DNA from: Octopus sinensis
Lineage: Eukaryota
Reading direction: 5' to 3'
Length of the DNA stretch: 64,000 nt
Assembly: GCF_006345805.1 (NCBI RefSeq)
Contig: NC_043011.1
Location: 62,074,464-62,138,463, forward strand
The position numbers were made by a program, and so were the translations under genes. This document shows positions 11,311 to 24,400 of this stretch, piece after piece. Within the stretch, counting starts at the first letter, position 1, and each line of letters opens with the position of its first letter. The notes beneath the pieces were generated by a model. That model was given only the letters and a program-made list of their open reading frames with translations, ran no database searches and had not been told where the DNA came from.

Positions 11311-12596
11311 TCACCACTCTATATAATATACACACACACACACATACATGTATGTAAAAGGAAGGTCATACTAGCCAAAGTGAGTATAAATATGTTATGA
11401 CTGAGAAGTCATGACTGGATTATCTTTGATCATGGCTTAACTGGAGCCACACAATAATAACACCAATCACCATCTGATCTTTGGTTTCCTTCCTGAAGTT
11501 CATTTCTGTTGCAAGCATTTGGACCAGAGTTAAAATGTGTTTTGTCATATTATAAGTCTTTGAGCCACTGCATAAAAGGCATTGCTGCCATTGCCGTCCC
11601 TCCTCTGACTTTCCTCATATTTGTCATCGTCATCGTCATCATTGTTTTATATCCACTTTCCACGCTGGCAGTGATTAGATGGGTTGCCACACTCCAAGTC
11701 AGTTCTTAGAATGGTTCAGAGGCGTACGTCTCACCCTTATGTTTCGTTGATGGCTTCATTTCAATGACTGGATAACCTTCCTCTTTCCGACCACTTTATT
11801 GATTATACTAGCTGCATTTTATCATGGCACCAGCTCTTGAGAGGGTCTCATGTCTTCTGCAATACTAAAGGGTCCTCTCAACCTTACACTGTTTCTGCTC
11901 AATCGTTAACCACATTACAGAATGTAATGGGTGCATCCTATCATTGTACCAAACCCTAGTGAAATTGCCTTCTGTCCCTTAAAGACTAAAGAGTCTGCAT
12001 GTCTTTATCCTGTGTCCATTTCCTCGATGCAGCATCACCAAATGAGTGAGCTGCTCAGTGATGATGGGAGGACAGGTGTGTGATGCTGAAGACAAGAGTT
12101 AAGGGGATGAAAAGGTGAAAGATGAAGAGATATGGGATGTTGACTTTTAGTATAAAAAACGGTGATGGTTTAGTGTGTTAACTGAGTCTGAAGGAAGGTT
12201 CAGGGCTCTCCTTTGTTTCATGGGCAGTATGGCCCTGTGAGAAGAAAGCAAGTAAGTGTTAGGGAGATGCGAGGTTCAGATGGGTTCAATGATATGTACA
12301 TTGGTAGCAGAGATTCCCTATTACCATTATGGTAAATACAAGATGGCATGGGTGGACAGGGGCTGAGTTATTGAGGGATGTCTTTACAAAACTATCTTTT
12401 ATTTCAATTATGACTTTTTCCTAAATATTCTGAGATTTACTGAACTTTTTTTGTTTTTTCCTCTATTCAAGCCTCTTCCTTTTGGCTCCTGGTTGCAGTT
12501 GTAATCCAGTGTGTGAATATTTAGTAAGGTGAGTAAAATATACACCTGGTTTAAATTGATATTAATTAATGAATATTAATTTCTACCCTCATTATT

Positions 12597-12628
<32 letters not shown>

Positions 12629-12995
12629 GGTGCAGGAGTGGCTGTGTGGCACATAGCTTGCTTACCAACCTCATGGTTCCTGGTTCAATCCCACTGCATG
12701 GCACTTTGGGCAAGTGTCTTCTACTATAGCCTCGGGCCAACCAAAGCCTTGTGAGTAGATTTGGTAGACGGAAACTGAAAGAAGCCTGTTGTACATATGT
12801 GTGTGTCTGTGTCTGCCCCCCCCCCATCGCTTGACAACCAGTGCTGGTGTGTTTACGTCCATGTAACTTAGCAGTTCAGTAAAAGAGACTGATAGAATAC
12901 TAGGCTTACAAAGAATAAGTCCTGGGGTTGATTTGCTCGACTAAAGTTGGTGCTCCAGCATGGCCACAGTCTGATGACTGAAATAAACAAAAGAA
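12629..12995 (+). mobile_element. Full-length SINE family A (tRNA head, internal TA/TG microsatellite, LINE-like tail)
   Basis: ggtgcaggagtggctgtgtgg ... ggttcaatccc ... ggtgctccagcatggccacagtctgatgactgaaa; embedded in (TA)n. Confidence 0.9.
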
Positions 12996-13159
12996 TATAT
13001 ACATATATACATATATATGGTCGTTATATCTTCTTAATAACATAATAGGTTAGATAGGATGATGTCTAGATTACAATATTACAATAACAATAATATGTTG
13101 TTGTACATGTCTAGTCATATTACGATCATGAAATTAGCATCAGCTTATCTCACTCTTTC

Positions 13160-13228
13160 TCACGGAATCCCTAGGAACCTTTTCAAGAACTCTAGGGTTC
13201 CATGGAACCCCTGTTGAGAAATGCTGCT
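13160..13228. mobile_element. hAT-Charlie-type terminal fragment
   Basis: Ends ggttccatggaacccctgttgagaaatgctg, the reverse complement of a CAG...TTCTCAAC TIR type. Confidence 0.45.
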
Positions 13229-13316
13229 TTATAGTTTAACAACTTTATAGCTTAGCTACATTACAGAATAACTGTTGTATAGCTTGACTACTTTATAATT
13301 TAGCTAGCATAAATGC

Positions 13317-13724
13317 CTATTTCTTTACTACCCACAAGGGGCTAAACACAGGGAGGACAAACAAGGACAGATGAATGGATTAAGTCGATTATATCGACCC
13401 CAGTGCGTAACTGGTACTTATTTAATCGACCCCGAAAGGATGAAAGGCAAAGCCGACCTCGGCGGAATTTGAACTCAGAACATAGCAGCAGACGAAATAC
13501 CTATTTCTTTACTACCCACAAGGGGCTAAACACAGAGGGAACAAACAAGGACAGACCAACGGATTAAGTCGATTATATCGACCCCAGTGCGTAACTGGTA
13601 CTTATTTAATCGAACCCAAAAGAATGAAAGGCAAAGTCGACCTCGGTGAAATTTGAACTCAGAACGTAATGGCAGACGAAAAACCGTTAAGCATTTCGCC
13701 CGGCGTGCTAACGATTCTGCCAGC
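13317..13724 (-). mobile_element. tRNA-headed SINE family B, one full copy plus a tandem 3' duplicate
   Basis: ctatttctttactacccacaaggggctaaacacag starts at both about 13317 and 13501 (period ~184). Head is the reverse complement of gctggcagaatcgttagcacgccgggcgaaatgc...gagttcaaatt. Confidence 0.9.
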
Positions 13725-14620
13725 ATAAATACCTTACAGCAGCCCTATTTCATAACAAAGCAACTTTATGGCCTAATTAGGCACAAAGCCAGTAATTTTT
13801 TCAGGGTATGGGGTCATTTGATAGCATTGACTCCAGTGTTTGTCTGGGACTTTGTTTTATGGATGCTGAAGGATGAAAGGCAAAGTTGACCTTGTTGGTA
13901 TACGCTGCACACAGAATGCAAAAGCCAAAGAAATAATACCAAAAGGCATTTTTGTCCGACATCCGAATGGTTCTGCTACCATTACAAAAATGTAAAATGG
14001 ACAAACCACATTCAAGGAAATAATGCTTCATGGAAGAAAAAAAAAAAAAGTAATTTGCAGGACACCCCTTCATCACCCCCTGCTTTGTTTACTTCTATCC
14101 CCCACCCCAGTTATCCCTTTACTCTCATTGTACACACACACACACACACACATGTTATGCCTCTAAATAGGCAGTAATTAGCTCCAGAGTACTATTTAAC
14201 CAGCAATTATGGTATGTTATCCATCATTTAATCACTTGTTTCACACTTGCTGGTTGCTACTAAAACACTGTTATTTCCTACCACCACCACCACCACCACT
14301 ACCACCACTACTGTCACTACCACTAACCCCTCCTCTCTCCCTTTCTCCCTCTCTCTCCCTCTCTCTCTCTAACTCTTATATCTCCTTATGTCATTTGTGT
14401 TGTTGACTTTTCTCGGTTCTCAGATGTATGTATAAACGTGTGTGTATTTGAGGACTGTGCACATATGCATACACGTGCACACACAAACACATAAGAATGT
14501 GTATGTCCTTGTATGTGTATGTATATTTATGTGTATATATGTATACATATAAACAGAAAACTTAAAATACAGTGACACTCCCTTCATCAGCTGTTGATTG
14601 GAGGTCACAGTCTCCACTAC

Positions 14621-14684
<64 letters not shown>

Positions 14685-15929
14685 ACTTTCTGTATAAATA
14701 TGTGTGCATACATGTGTCTGTATTTACACTTCTTTATATGTGTGTGTGTGTGTATATAATATATATGTATATATATATATAAAATATTATATATATATAT
14801 ATATATATAATATATCAATATATATATATGGTATTGAATAAACAATTGGATGTTGTTATACATTGCTGATCACAATGCACTTCCTGATTGTTCTAGCTTC
14901 CAAACGACTCCACCCCACTGGCTTGGTGGCATCTTTTGAAAGCTAAAGCACACAAACACATGCACACCACCACCACCACCACCACCACCACCATATAAAG
15001 ATAAATAAATATATAACACGTTTGTTTAGTTTATGCATATACATATACTCGTATGTATGTAAGTATGCATGCATATACACACACGTATACGCACACATGC
15101 ACACACATACGCACACATGCACACACAAGCATTCTCTCAGACATCGAGGTGTGTCTAAGTATTCTATGGACATGTGTGACATTAGCGCCAACGTCTTGTA
15201 ATTCATAAATATTATAATGAGATGTTGACGGTATCAAATGTCAAGTCCAAACTCTGGTTTATGTGGTTAGAATTTAAAAGGGTGTGGTTGAATGGAGACA
15301 CAATTTTTTTGTCCAATTTGCTAAATTTTGGTAATAAATACTGCCTCAATGTCAGAGCTGCTGCTATTTTTATTCAACCCTTGGTCATCTCTCATCAAGC
15401 AGACCTATGATCAGTGGTGTAGGAGTTCTGATTGTTATGTATATTTTTTGTTTTGTTTTGGGGATTTGTGTGCGTGCGTGCGTGTATGTGCATGCATGCA
15501 TGTGTGTGTGTGTGTGTGTGTGTTTTAGATAGAATTATTCATTTCAGTGCAGCCATGGTTGTGTGGTTAAGGTACTTGCTTTGCAACCATGTGGTTTTCG
15601 GTTCAGTCCCACTGCATGATACCTTGGGTAAGTGTCTTCTATTATAGCCCCAGGCTGACTAATATCTCTTGAGTAAACTTTATTGATGGAAACTGTATGA
15701 AAGCCTGTCATATGTATAAGTGTGTGTGTGTGTCTCTATGTGTCTGTGTGTGTCTTGATTGACGAGCTGTGTTGGTTTGTTTGTGTCCTTGAGACTTAGC
15801 TGTGTAGCAAAAGATTCCATCACTGTAGAGTAAATACCATGCTTTAAAAATAAGTCCTGGTATGGATTTGTTTGAGGAAACGGCATTGCCCCAGCATGGA
15901 CGTGCTCCTACAAATGAAACAAGTGAAAG

Positions 15930-16540
15930 ATAGACACACACACACACACACTTGCACACATATAGACAGATATATAGATAGACTGAGAAAAAGAGAGATA
16001 GACAGATGGATGGATTGATGGCTGCATGGACAGATGGGTGGACAGATGAATGGATGGATAGACAGACAGACAGATAGACATGGATAAGCATACAGACAGA
16101 CAGATAGATAGATAGACTGAGAAAAAGAGAGATAGACGGATGGATGGATGCATGGACAGATGGGTGGACAGACGGATGGATGGATAGACAGACAGACAGA
16201 TAGACATGGATAAGCATACAGACAGACAGACAGACAGACAGATAGATAGATAGACTGAGAAAAAGAGAGATAGACGGATGGATGGATGCATGGACAGATG
16301 GGTGGACAGACGGATGGATGGATAGACAGACAGACAGATAGACATGGATAAGCATACAGACAGACAGACAGATAGATAGACAGATAGATAGACAGGCAGA
16401 CAGACAGACAGATAGATAGATAGATAGGGAGGTAGGTCGATAAATAGATACATAGATCGATAGACAGACACACACAGATAGACAGACAGACACACAGATA
16501 GATAGATAGTTAGATAGGTTGATAGATAGATACATCGAGA
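15930..16540. repeat. Compound GATA/GACA/GGAT microsatellite containing three ~135 bp higher-order units
   Basis: Anchor gactgagaaaaagagagatagac at 15981, 16115 and 16253; catggataagcatacagac also occurs three times. Confidence 0.9.
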
Positions 16541-16999
16541 GAAGATAAGTTTTCAGGCTGAATGTCTTAAATAAATCTCCATCCTGCTGAGTTTCTTGCA
16601 GTTTATTTATCTTCAACCTTTTTCTGGTTCCTCTCTGGCCTTTCAAACATTCCTTGTTGTCTCTGCACTAAACATCTGTTCACGTGTTATGTTATGAAAT
16701 ATCGTATTTTACTAATATTTTCAATACTGTCTTGGATAAGACAACAATATTCTTGCTATAAACAAGTTCTCCAAGAAACTAAATTTGGAATGAGACGGAG
16801 GCGAGACATAGTGATGTAGCTAGGATGTTTGCTTCAGATGGAATCGGTTGATGTTGATTTTTACAGAGGGATACTCTACCTGTTGCCAACCCTTACCTGT
16901 TTCTGAGTAATATAATGTTTTTCCATCACCAGACATGTTCTCTCTCTTTCTCTTTCTCTCTCTCTCACTCACACACACACACTAGCACAGCGTATTGCC

Positions 17000-17150
17000 A
17001 AAGGTCTCCATCATTTGTCATCACCTCTGTGAGGCCCTATGTTCAAAGATCATGGTTCACCACCTTGTACCATGTCTTCCTGGATCTACACTTTCCACAG
17101 GTTCTCTCCTTAGAGATCGGCGCTTCTTTACACAACTGTCCTCGTCCATA
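17000..17150 (-). mobile_element. RTE LINE ORF 3' end fragment
   Basis: Homologous to 520-700 (encodes the ...TCGKCRSRKTWYKVVNHDL region). Confidence 0.8.
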
Positions 17151-17170
17151 CACACACACTCACACACATA

Positions 17171-17218
<48 letters not shown>

Positions 17219-17224
17219 TATGAT

Positions 17225-17432
17225 AGATCATCATGATAGATCGTTAGCCACTACACACATTTTTTTTCTCTCCTTGTTTCTCTCCTTGCTTTTTTTTCTG
17301 CGTCCCTTTCTGTAGAAGAGCGTAGGCTCGAAACGTAAAAGACTTTTTCTATTCCTCAGCGTTATACTAATACATCTGTTTATTTTGTACACCACCTGTC
17401 TTCGTCTTTTATTTTTTTCGTAAACTCTCCCT
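17225..17432 (+). mobile_element. PLE pseudo-LTR-like remnant with minimal hammerhead variant at 17306-17341
   Basis: cttt-ctgtaga-a-gagc-gtag-gctc-gaaac-gta-aaag. Stems I and II intact; core has U at A6. Confidence 0.6.
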
Positions 17433-18362
17433 ATATATATATATATATATATATATACACAATGGGCTTCCCAACTCCATGGTTCTGGGTTCAGTCCCAC
17501 TATGTAGCGCCTTGGGCACATGTCTTCTGCCACAGCCTTAGGTCAACCAAAGTCTTGTGCATGGATTTGGTAGATGGAAACTGAAATAAACTCATCGTGT
17601 GCGTGCGTCTTTGTGTTTGTTCCTTGACTGCCACTTCACAACCGGTGTTGGTCTGTTTCCATCCCTGTAACTTGGTGGTTTGACAAAAGGGTCAAATAGA
17701 ATAAATAAAAAATAAAAAATAGGATACTGGAGTCAATGTGTTTGACTGAAATTCTTCGCGGCATTGCCCCAGTATGACCACAGTAGTAAAAGATAAAAGA
17801 CAGCCACTACATCTCTACTGGTAGATCCCTACTACCACCTCACCATTACAACTGCCAGCAACACTACAACATTACTAGCACCAACACAGCCAATAGTGCT
17901 GCCACCACCACCAAAACATAAATTCTATTTAATGTACAAACAACAAAAGTAGGAACAATCTAATTTTCACTAATTGTGTCTGTGAGACAGGATACTTGTC
18001 ACCATTACTTTCCCCCACCCCACACACTCTCCTCACCCCCACCCCACCCCGTTCCTTACTGCTACTACTACCACTACTACTTCTACTACTACCATCACCA
18101 TCACTGCTACTCTGAGCATCACCACCACCACCTTCACCACCATCACCTCCATGTTTGTTTCTGCCATTGTCTTTCTAGTTGGACAGTGAACAGCAGAACA
18201 ATGGAATATCCTGTCCACCCTGTTATGCTCTTAAACAAGGTACTGGGGAAGGAGGGAGGAGCCTCTACATGGTCACTTACCATACTGGAAATAGCAGCCA
18301 AATCTCTGTCTCTCTCTCTCTCTCTCTCTCTCCCCCTCCCTTCGTCTCTCTCTCAATCAAAT

Positions 18363-18565
18363 AGCTAATGCTATTAGCATATTAGCAAGGGTTGAGAGAG
18401 TTAAGAATGTTCTGCACAATGGACTTGGCATGACAGGGGTTGCTGCTCGGTGGGTGCCATGTCTTCTGACGTCTGATCAGAAATGCACCAGGTTGACCAC
18501 ATCACAGGGAAAATCCGACATTGAGGTTGATCAGAGCTAGTTTCCTTGAATGTTTCTTAACCCAG
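18363..18565 (+). mobile_element. Mariner transposase fragment
   Basis: Translates VKNVLHNGLGMTGVAARWVPCLLTSDQKCTRL; ARWVPxLLT is the mariner WVPHEL-type linker. Confidence 0.85.
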
Positions 18566-18824
18566 CTTGAGTGTTGAGTTCATCACTTCGTGCTAAAAAC
18601 AAAGAGACAAACCCCTTCTTACCTACTTCAAAGAAGGCCAAGAAATTGTAAATATAAATACTTCTAATAATTGATTATTAAATATAAATACATAAAAACT
18701 TACTGAATAATTAACATAAATTTGTCAAATCTAAATTACTATATTATAGTACATTATTTACATTATTTACTTAATTTACATTATTTACATTTGATGGATA
18801 TTTGTCTTCATCTTGTTTGTTGTT

Positions 18825-18870
18825 AACACAACGTTTCAGCTGATGTACCCTCCAGCCTTCTTCAGGTGTC
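18825..18870 (-). ncRNA. Minimal type I hammerhead ribozyme candidate, core intact
   Basis: Minus strand reads gacac-CUGAAGA-A-ggctg-(10 nt)-cagct-GAAAC-GUU-gtgtt. Stem I 5 bp, stem II 5 bp, palindromic loopless stem III (AACGUU). Confidence 0.75.
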
Positions 18871-18920
18871 TTGGGGAAATTTCAAACCTGGGTTCTCATT
18901 CCTAAGGTATTTTTCAATGC

Positions 18921-18967
<47 letters not shown>

Positions 18968-19261
18968 TCACTGTCTGGAATCATACTTGGTTCGATTCAA
19001 GGCAGTTACCTGAATAATAATATAATATACACACACATATCTACGCACACACGCAATATATACGACAGGCTACTTTCAGTTTCTGTCTACAAAATCCACT
19101 CACAAGGCTTCAATTGGCCCGAGGCTATAATAGAAGACACTTGCCAAAGATGCCATGCAGTGGGAATGAACCCGGAACCATGTGATTGGGAAGCAAGCTT
19201 CTAATCACACAGCCACTCCTGCACCTATATGATTGATTGATTGATTGATTGATTAATTGAT

Positions 19262-19597
19262 TCTAGTTTCAGCTCATGAGCTGTGGCCATGCTGGGGCAC
19301 CGCCATTTGGTGTTGCTACATGGTTTTACTTCACGAATGCTTTTTAGCAACTGCCATTTGGTGCATGAGAGAGTTCGATGCAGCTGCCCTCATCTGCACC
19401 TCCTGCCGTGAAGTTGGTTCATCTGGGACACCCGACAGGAAGAGATCCAGTTTCATTTTAAAGACATCTGCATCCACCCCATGCAGGTCTCTTAGGTTCT
19501 TCGGGAGGATATTGAAGAGCTGTGGGCCTCGGAAGCCCAGGCTATCACAGTATCTTGTCCTACATCTTGATGGCAAATTTGGAGTCCTAGGCACCAC
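19262..19597 (-). mobile_element. CR1/L2-superclade LINE 3' end with 3' UTR and (ATCA)n tail
   Basis: Translates SLGFRGPQLFNILPKNLRDLHGVDADVFKMKLDLFLSGVPDEP...RAAASNSLMHQ, a typical CR1-group ORF2 C-terminus. Stop at 19331. Confidence 0.8.
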
Positions 19598-21021
19598 ATA
19601 CATATATATAAATATATTTATATATATATATATATATATAGACACACATATATATTTATTTTTATTTGTTAGTGGATAAAATTCCGGCATAACAGGGGTT
19701 CAAATTATTCTCAATGAAGAAATATATATTTTCATTTAGAGATAGTTGGCCCCTTTAAAAAATTAAAATATAGTTTATAGTATTGAACTATGAGAAAGTG
19801 ATATAGGGGCCTAATGATTGGGGTTATATTTTAAGAGTGGTTCCAGCAAAACACAGCGTGGTTAAGGAACTGGGAAATGAACCTCAAGTAACACGTGTAG
19901 CCAAGTTATAAAGTAGTAAGTATTTAAATTAAAATTCTTTTTTATATGGTGAGATCAAGGGGCCTACTATCTCTAAATGAGAGTGAGACAGACAGACAGA
20001 TAGATTGCTGAACAGACATAAGACAAAATTTTAGAAAACAAAGCGAAAAAAATAAAATATTTTTTTAATACCCTATATATATATGAACGGAGAACCATAT
20101 GGTTGGGAAGCAAGCTTCTTACCCCCCAGCCATTCCACATGTCTGGCATCATTTCGTACATTGAACCCTGGCAGAGAGTGGTTAAAGCATCACTTCACTC
20201 AAGTGTTTATCCTCTCACTTGACTTAAGCACTTTCTCCGATTTACACAATTCCTTCTTTGTTTCAAGAATCTTTTGTCTCTTTTAACTCTTTCTGCTGCT
20301 GCTGCTGCTGCTGCTGCTGTTGTTGTTGTTGTTGTTTTTATCATTGTTTTAAATAATTTGGTCAAGAGAGGGGACAGCATCTGTGAACTTGTCCAGGGAT
20401 TGTGAGACATGTAGGTGGCAGGGAAGGAGAAAGGGGTCTTCAAATTGGACGCCTCACAGGGTATCACCCACCCCTCCCCATCACCCAGCTTCTGGTACCT
20501 AAGGTACCAAATAATGGTTTTTAAGCAGGCTGGCAGACGATTTACCACCCACAGAAACACACACACACACACACACACAGCGCATCCCGCCAGCAGGGTA
20601 CATGGATGTTAAAAGATGATGATGCTGATGCTGATGCTGATGATGGCTTATATGTGTTAGAAATATGGTGTGGCTGTGTGGTAAAGAAGCTTTTCTTCTC
20701 AACCACATGGTTCAGGGTTCAGTCCCACTGCATGGCACCTTGGGCAGAGTGTCTTCTACTCTAGTCTTGGGCCAACCAAAGTCTTGTCAGTGGATTTTGT
20801 AGACGGAAACTGAAAGAAGCCTGTTGTTTGTATATAATCATCATCATCCTCATCATCATTGTCTAATGTCTGTTTTTCATGCTGGCATGGGTTGTATGGT
20901 TTGACTGAGGTCTGGAGAGCCAGCGGCTGTTCCTGGCTCCAATTTGATCTGGCAAGTTTTTTACAGCTGGATGTCCTTCCTAATGCCAAACACTCCAAGA
21001 GTGTTATATATCAAATAATAA

Positions 21022-21080
<59 letters not shown>

Positions 21081-22733
21081 TAAATAATATATAAGATATA
21101 TATATATATATTAAATAATAAATGATATATATATATATTAAATAATAAATGATATATATATATATATATATATGAAACCCAAACCCACTGTCATTTTTCT
21201 TTTTAATGATTTTGTCACACATTCAAAGCTGTAATAATCTCTGATTAACAAGGTATTTCCAATGATTTTGGTAAACATGGCTTTCTAAATTAACTGTACA
21301 TCTTAATTATGTAATTATTGAAATAATGATGTTTGCTGCTAATAAAGCAGCTGATGAGTGCAATTAAATTATGAAATAAGTGAAATTTATGCTTTCCCAC
21401 TTATTATTCAAAGTACACACACACACTCACACACACACACACACACTCACACACACAAATACACACACACACACACAAATACACACACACACACTCACAC
21501 ACACACACACACATACACACATACAAATTGACGGTATTCAAAACAGTTTGCACAAACTGGTAACTAGTCTGTGATGGGATTTGATCTCGGAATACAAAGA
21601 TCACGAACAAATACCACAAGGCATTTCACTCATTCTTACAATTCTGCCGATTCACTGCTCTAAGACAGGACTGTACTTAAGCAATGGTATGTGTGTGTAA
21701 GGGGGAGGGGGACAGACACACACATGAATATGTATACTTATATATACACGACAGGCTTCTTTCAGTTTCCGTCTTCCAAATCTGACAAAGCTTTGGTCAG
21801 ACCAAGGCTAGAGTAGAAAACACTTGCTCAAGGTGCTGCACAGTGAGACTGAACCCAGAACCATGTGGTTGGGAAGCAAGCTTCTTTACCACACGGTCAA
21901 AGTTAGCTTCATTTGGATTTGATCTCAGAGTCCTGAAGATCAGAGCAAATACATCTGATGGTCTACCAACTGCACCAATTTATAAGGTTGGTGTTGTTGC
22001 TGGCAGCAGCAGTGGTGGGGTGACATTGTTTAGCCTCAGTTCAGCCCCCATTGGACAGACATTCAGTCTAAGGCAGTCCAGTCATGACCATCCCATTTGT
22101 TTGGAAGTATCTTTTATATTTTATCTTTTGTTTCAGTCATTGATCTGTGGCCAAGCTGGGGCACCACATTACAGAATTTTTTGTTGAATCTATCGAACTC
22201 AGCACTTAATGTTAAAAGCATGGTACTTATTCTATTGGTCTCTCTTGCTGAACTGCTAAGTTACAGCGACATAAACACACAAGCACCAATTGTCAAGTGG
22301 TGATGGGGATCAAACACACACACACATATATACCACAAGCTTTCCTTTTTCCTCTATCAAATCCACTCACAAAGCTTTGGTCAGCCCAGGGCTATAGTAG
22401 AAGTGATTTGCCCAAGGTGCCATGCAATGGGATTAAACTTAGAACTATGTGGTTGGGAAGCAAATTTCTAACCACACAGCCACACCTGCACCTATTTCCC
22501 TGTTTAATCCTTCAGTATTCAGATTACTTCGTCAAATGTAATTCTTACCTATTTACTTAGTTCTGGATTAACGAATTAACCATACATTATCTTGTAACTT
22601 CAAGATTTCAAAGATGTCATCGTTAAGTTTTAGAATAGCAATGACAGTAGTTATGATAGACCGGATCTGGTCAGTTTTAGCATGAAACAGCTGGGATATT
22701 CTGGCTGGATGTGGCCTGTTTAACCCTTTAGCA

Positions 22734-23302
22734 CAGGAATTCTCAGCCAGTTTTTGTTATTCATGGACCCCTTTCATTATTGTTTTATTCTGGTGGACCC
22801 CTATAACCTTTGATGTTTAAAAACTACCAAGAAATATCCGTAGCCACTTTAAAATCGATGTTCCAGTTACACAGACTGTGATTTTTGTGGGTTAAAGAAT
22901 CGCAGTAAATTCTGTTTGAACAGAATTGCCATTTTGAAGTGGCCAAGAACATTACTTGCTTCTGCGCATACAACGTTCCTCTCTTAGAGAGATTTTAAAA
23001 CCAGCATTTTTGCTTGTTTAAAAACAACTTTTATTGAAACGTTTTTCAAAATTTCTATTTTGTTTTCCACTCGTTAACTTTTGTGGGTTGAACTTATACT
23101 CTTTACTCTTTTACTTGTTTCAGTCATTTGACTGCGGCCATGCAGGAGCACTGCCTTTAGTGAAGCAAATCGACCCCAGGACTTTTTCTTTGTAAGCCTA
23201 GTACATATTCTGTTGGTCTCTTTTGCTGAACTGCTAAGTTATGGGGACGTAAACACACCAGCATCGGTTGTCAAGCGATGTTGGGAGGACAAACACAGAC
23301 AC

Positions 23303-23333
<31 letters not shown>

Positions 23334-23705
23334 CATATATACGACAGGCTTCTTTCAGTTTCCATCAACCAAATCCACTCACAAGGCTTTGGTCAGCCTG
23401 AGGCTATAGTAGAAGACACTTGCCCAAGGTGCCACGCAGTGGGACTGAACCCAGAACCATGTTGTTGGTAAGCAAGCTACTTACCACACAGCCACTCCTA
23501 CGCTTATGTAAAATATTAGACAAAGAAACCTAGATGTTTCTTGCAATACATACCAATACATACATCTAAAGCAAATTTTTCAGGGGCCCTTAAAATACTA
23601 GTGTGGAATTTTAATTTACTATTCTGTTACATTGCCCCCTTCCCCCTACCGCCATAACTTATATGAAACCTTGGGAGCTAAATGGACCCTGGTTAAGAAT
23701 CACTG
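22734..23705. mobile_element. Non-autonomous hAT (Charlie-type) element with nested SINE A
   Basis: Perfect 8-bp TSD ctttagca at 22726-22733 and 23706-23713. TIRs caggaattctcagcc and ggttaagaatcactg match at 11/15. Confidence 0.8.
23103..23503 (-). mobile_element. Full-length SINE family A nested in the hAT element
   Basis: Reverse complement of the 12629-12995 / 48613-48990 consensus. Confidence 0.9.
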
Positions 23706-23859
23706 CTTTAGCATTTAAATTACTCTGTCAAATATAAGGCTTATTTATTCGCTATCTCAAAGCTATGGGATTTCAGTGATGTGAAGAACTGTTGAAATCA
23801 AACTGGGGCCAATGAGCCGGCAAGTAAAGTGAGAGTAAAGTGCAAGAGTAAAGAGCAAG

Positions 23860-24400
23860 TAAAGTGAGATCACAGCCGTGGCCGATACCCTTGAATTGTC
23901 GGGTGATACGCTGTGCTTGAGAAGACCTATTGAGTTAAGTTAAATTGAAATGGAAATCGTAGTTGTGGTCGATGCCAGTGCCATCTGACTGGCACCCGTG
24001 CTGGTGGCACATAATAAGCACCATTCAAGTGTGGCTTGATGCCAGTGCCCCTCGACTGGCTCCTGTGCCTGTAGCATGTAAAAAGCACCGGCCAAACGTG
24101 GTCGATGCCAATGTCCCACACCCCAACTGGCTCCTGTGCTGGTGGCACGGGAAAAGCACTGACTGAACGCAGTCAATGTCAGTGCCCCCCATCAATTGGC
24201 TTCTCTGCCTGTGGCACGTAAAAAGCACCCACTACACTCTCGGAATGGTTGGCATTAGGAAAGACATCCAGCTGTAGAAACGATTCCAGATCAGATTGGA
24301 ACCCAGTGCTGCCTCCTGGCTTGCCACTCCTCAGTCAAATTGTCCAACCCATGCCAGCATGGAAAGCGGATGTTAAAGGATGATGATGATGATGATGATG
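23860..24400 (+). mobile_element. RTE 3' UTR/tail fragment ending in (GAT)n
   Basis: gtgctggtggcac modules, then aggaaagacatccagctgtagaa...ccatgccagcatggaaagcggatgttaa(gat)n. Confidence 0.8.

Noticed and set aside
12629-12700. tRNA genes at SINE heads (also 8488, 28836, 48613, 50326)
   Set aside because: Only A/B-box remnants; no full cloverleaf, and each runs into a SINE body.
21351-21400. CTGATGA followed by GAAA
   Set aside because: No credible stem II, and no downstream or upstream strand to close stems I and III.
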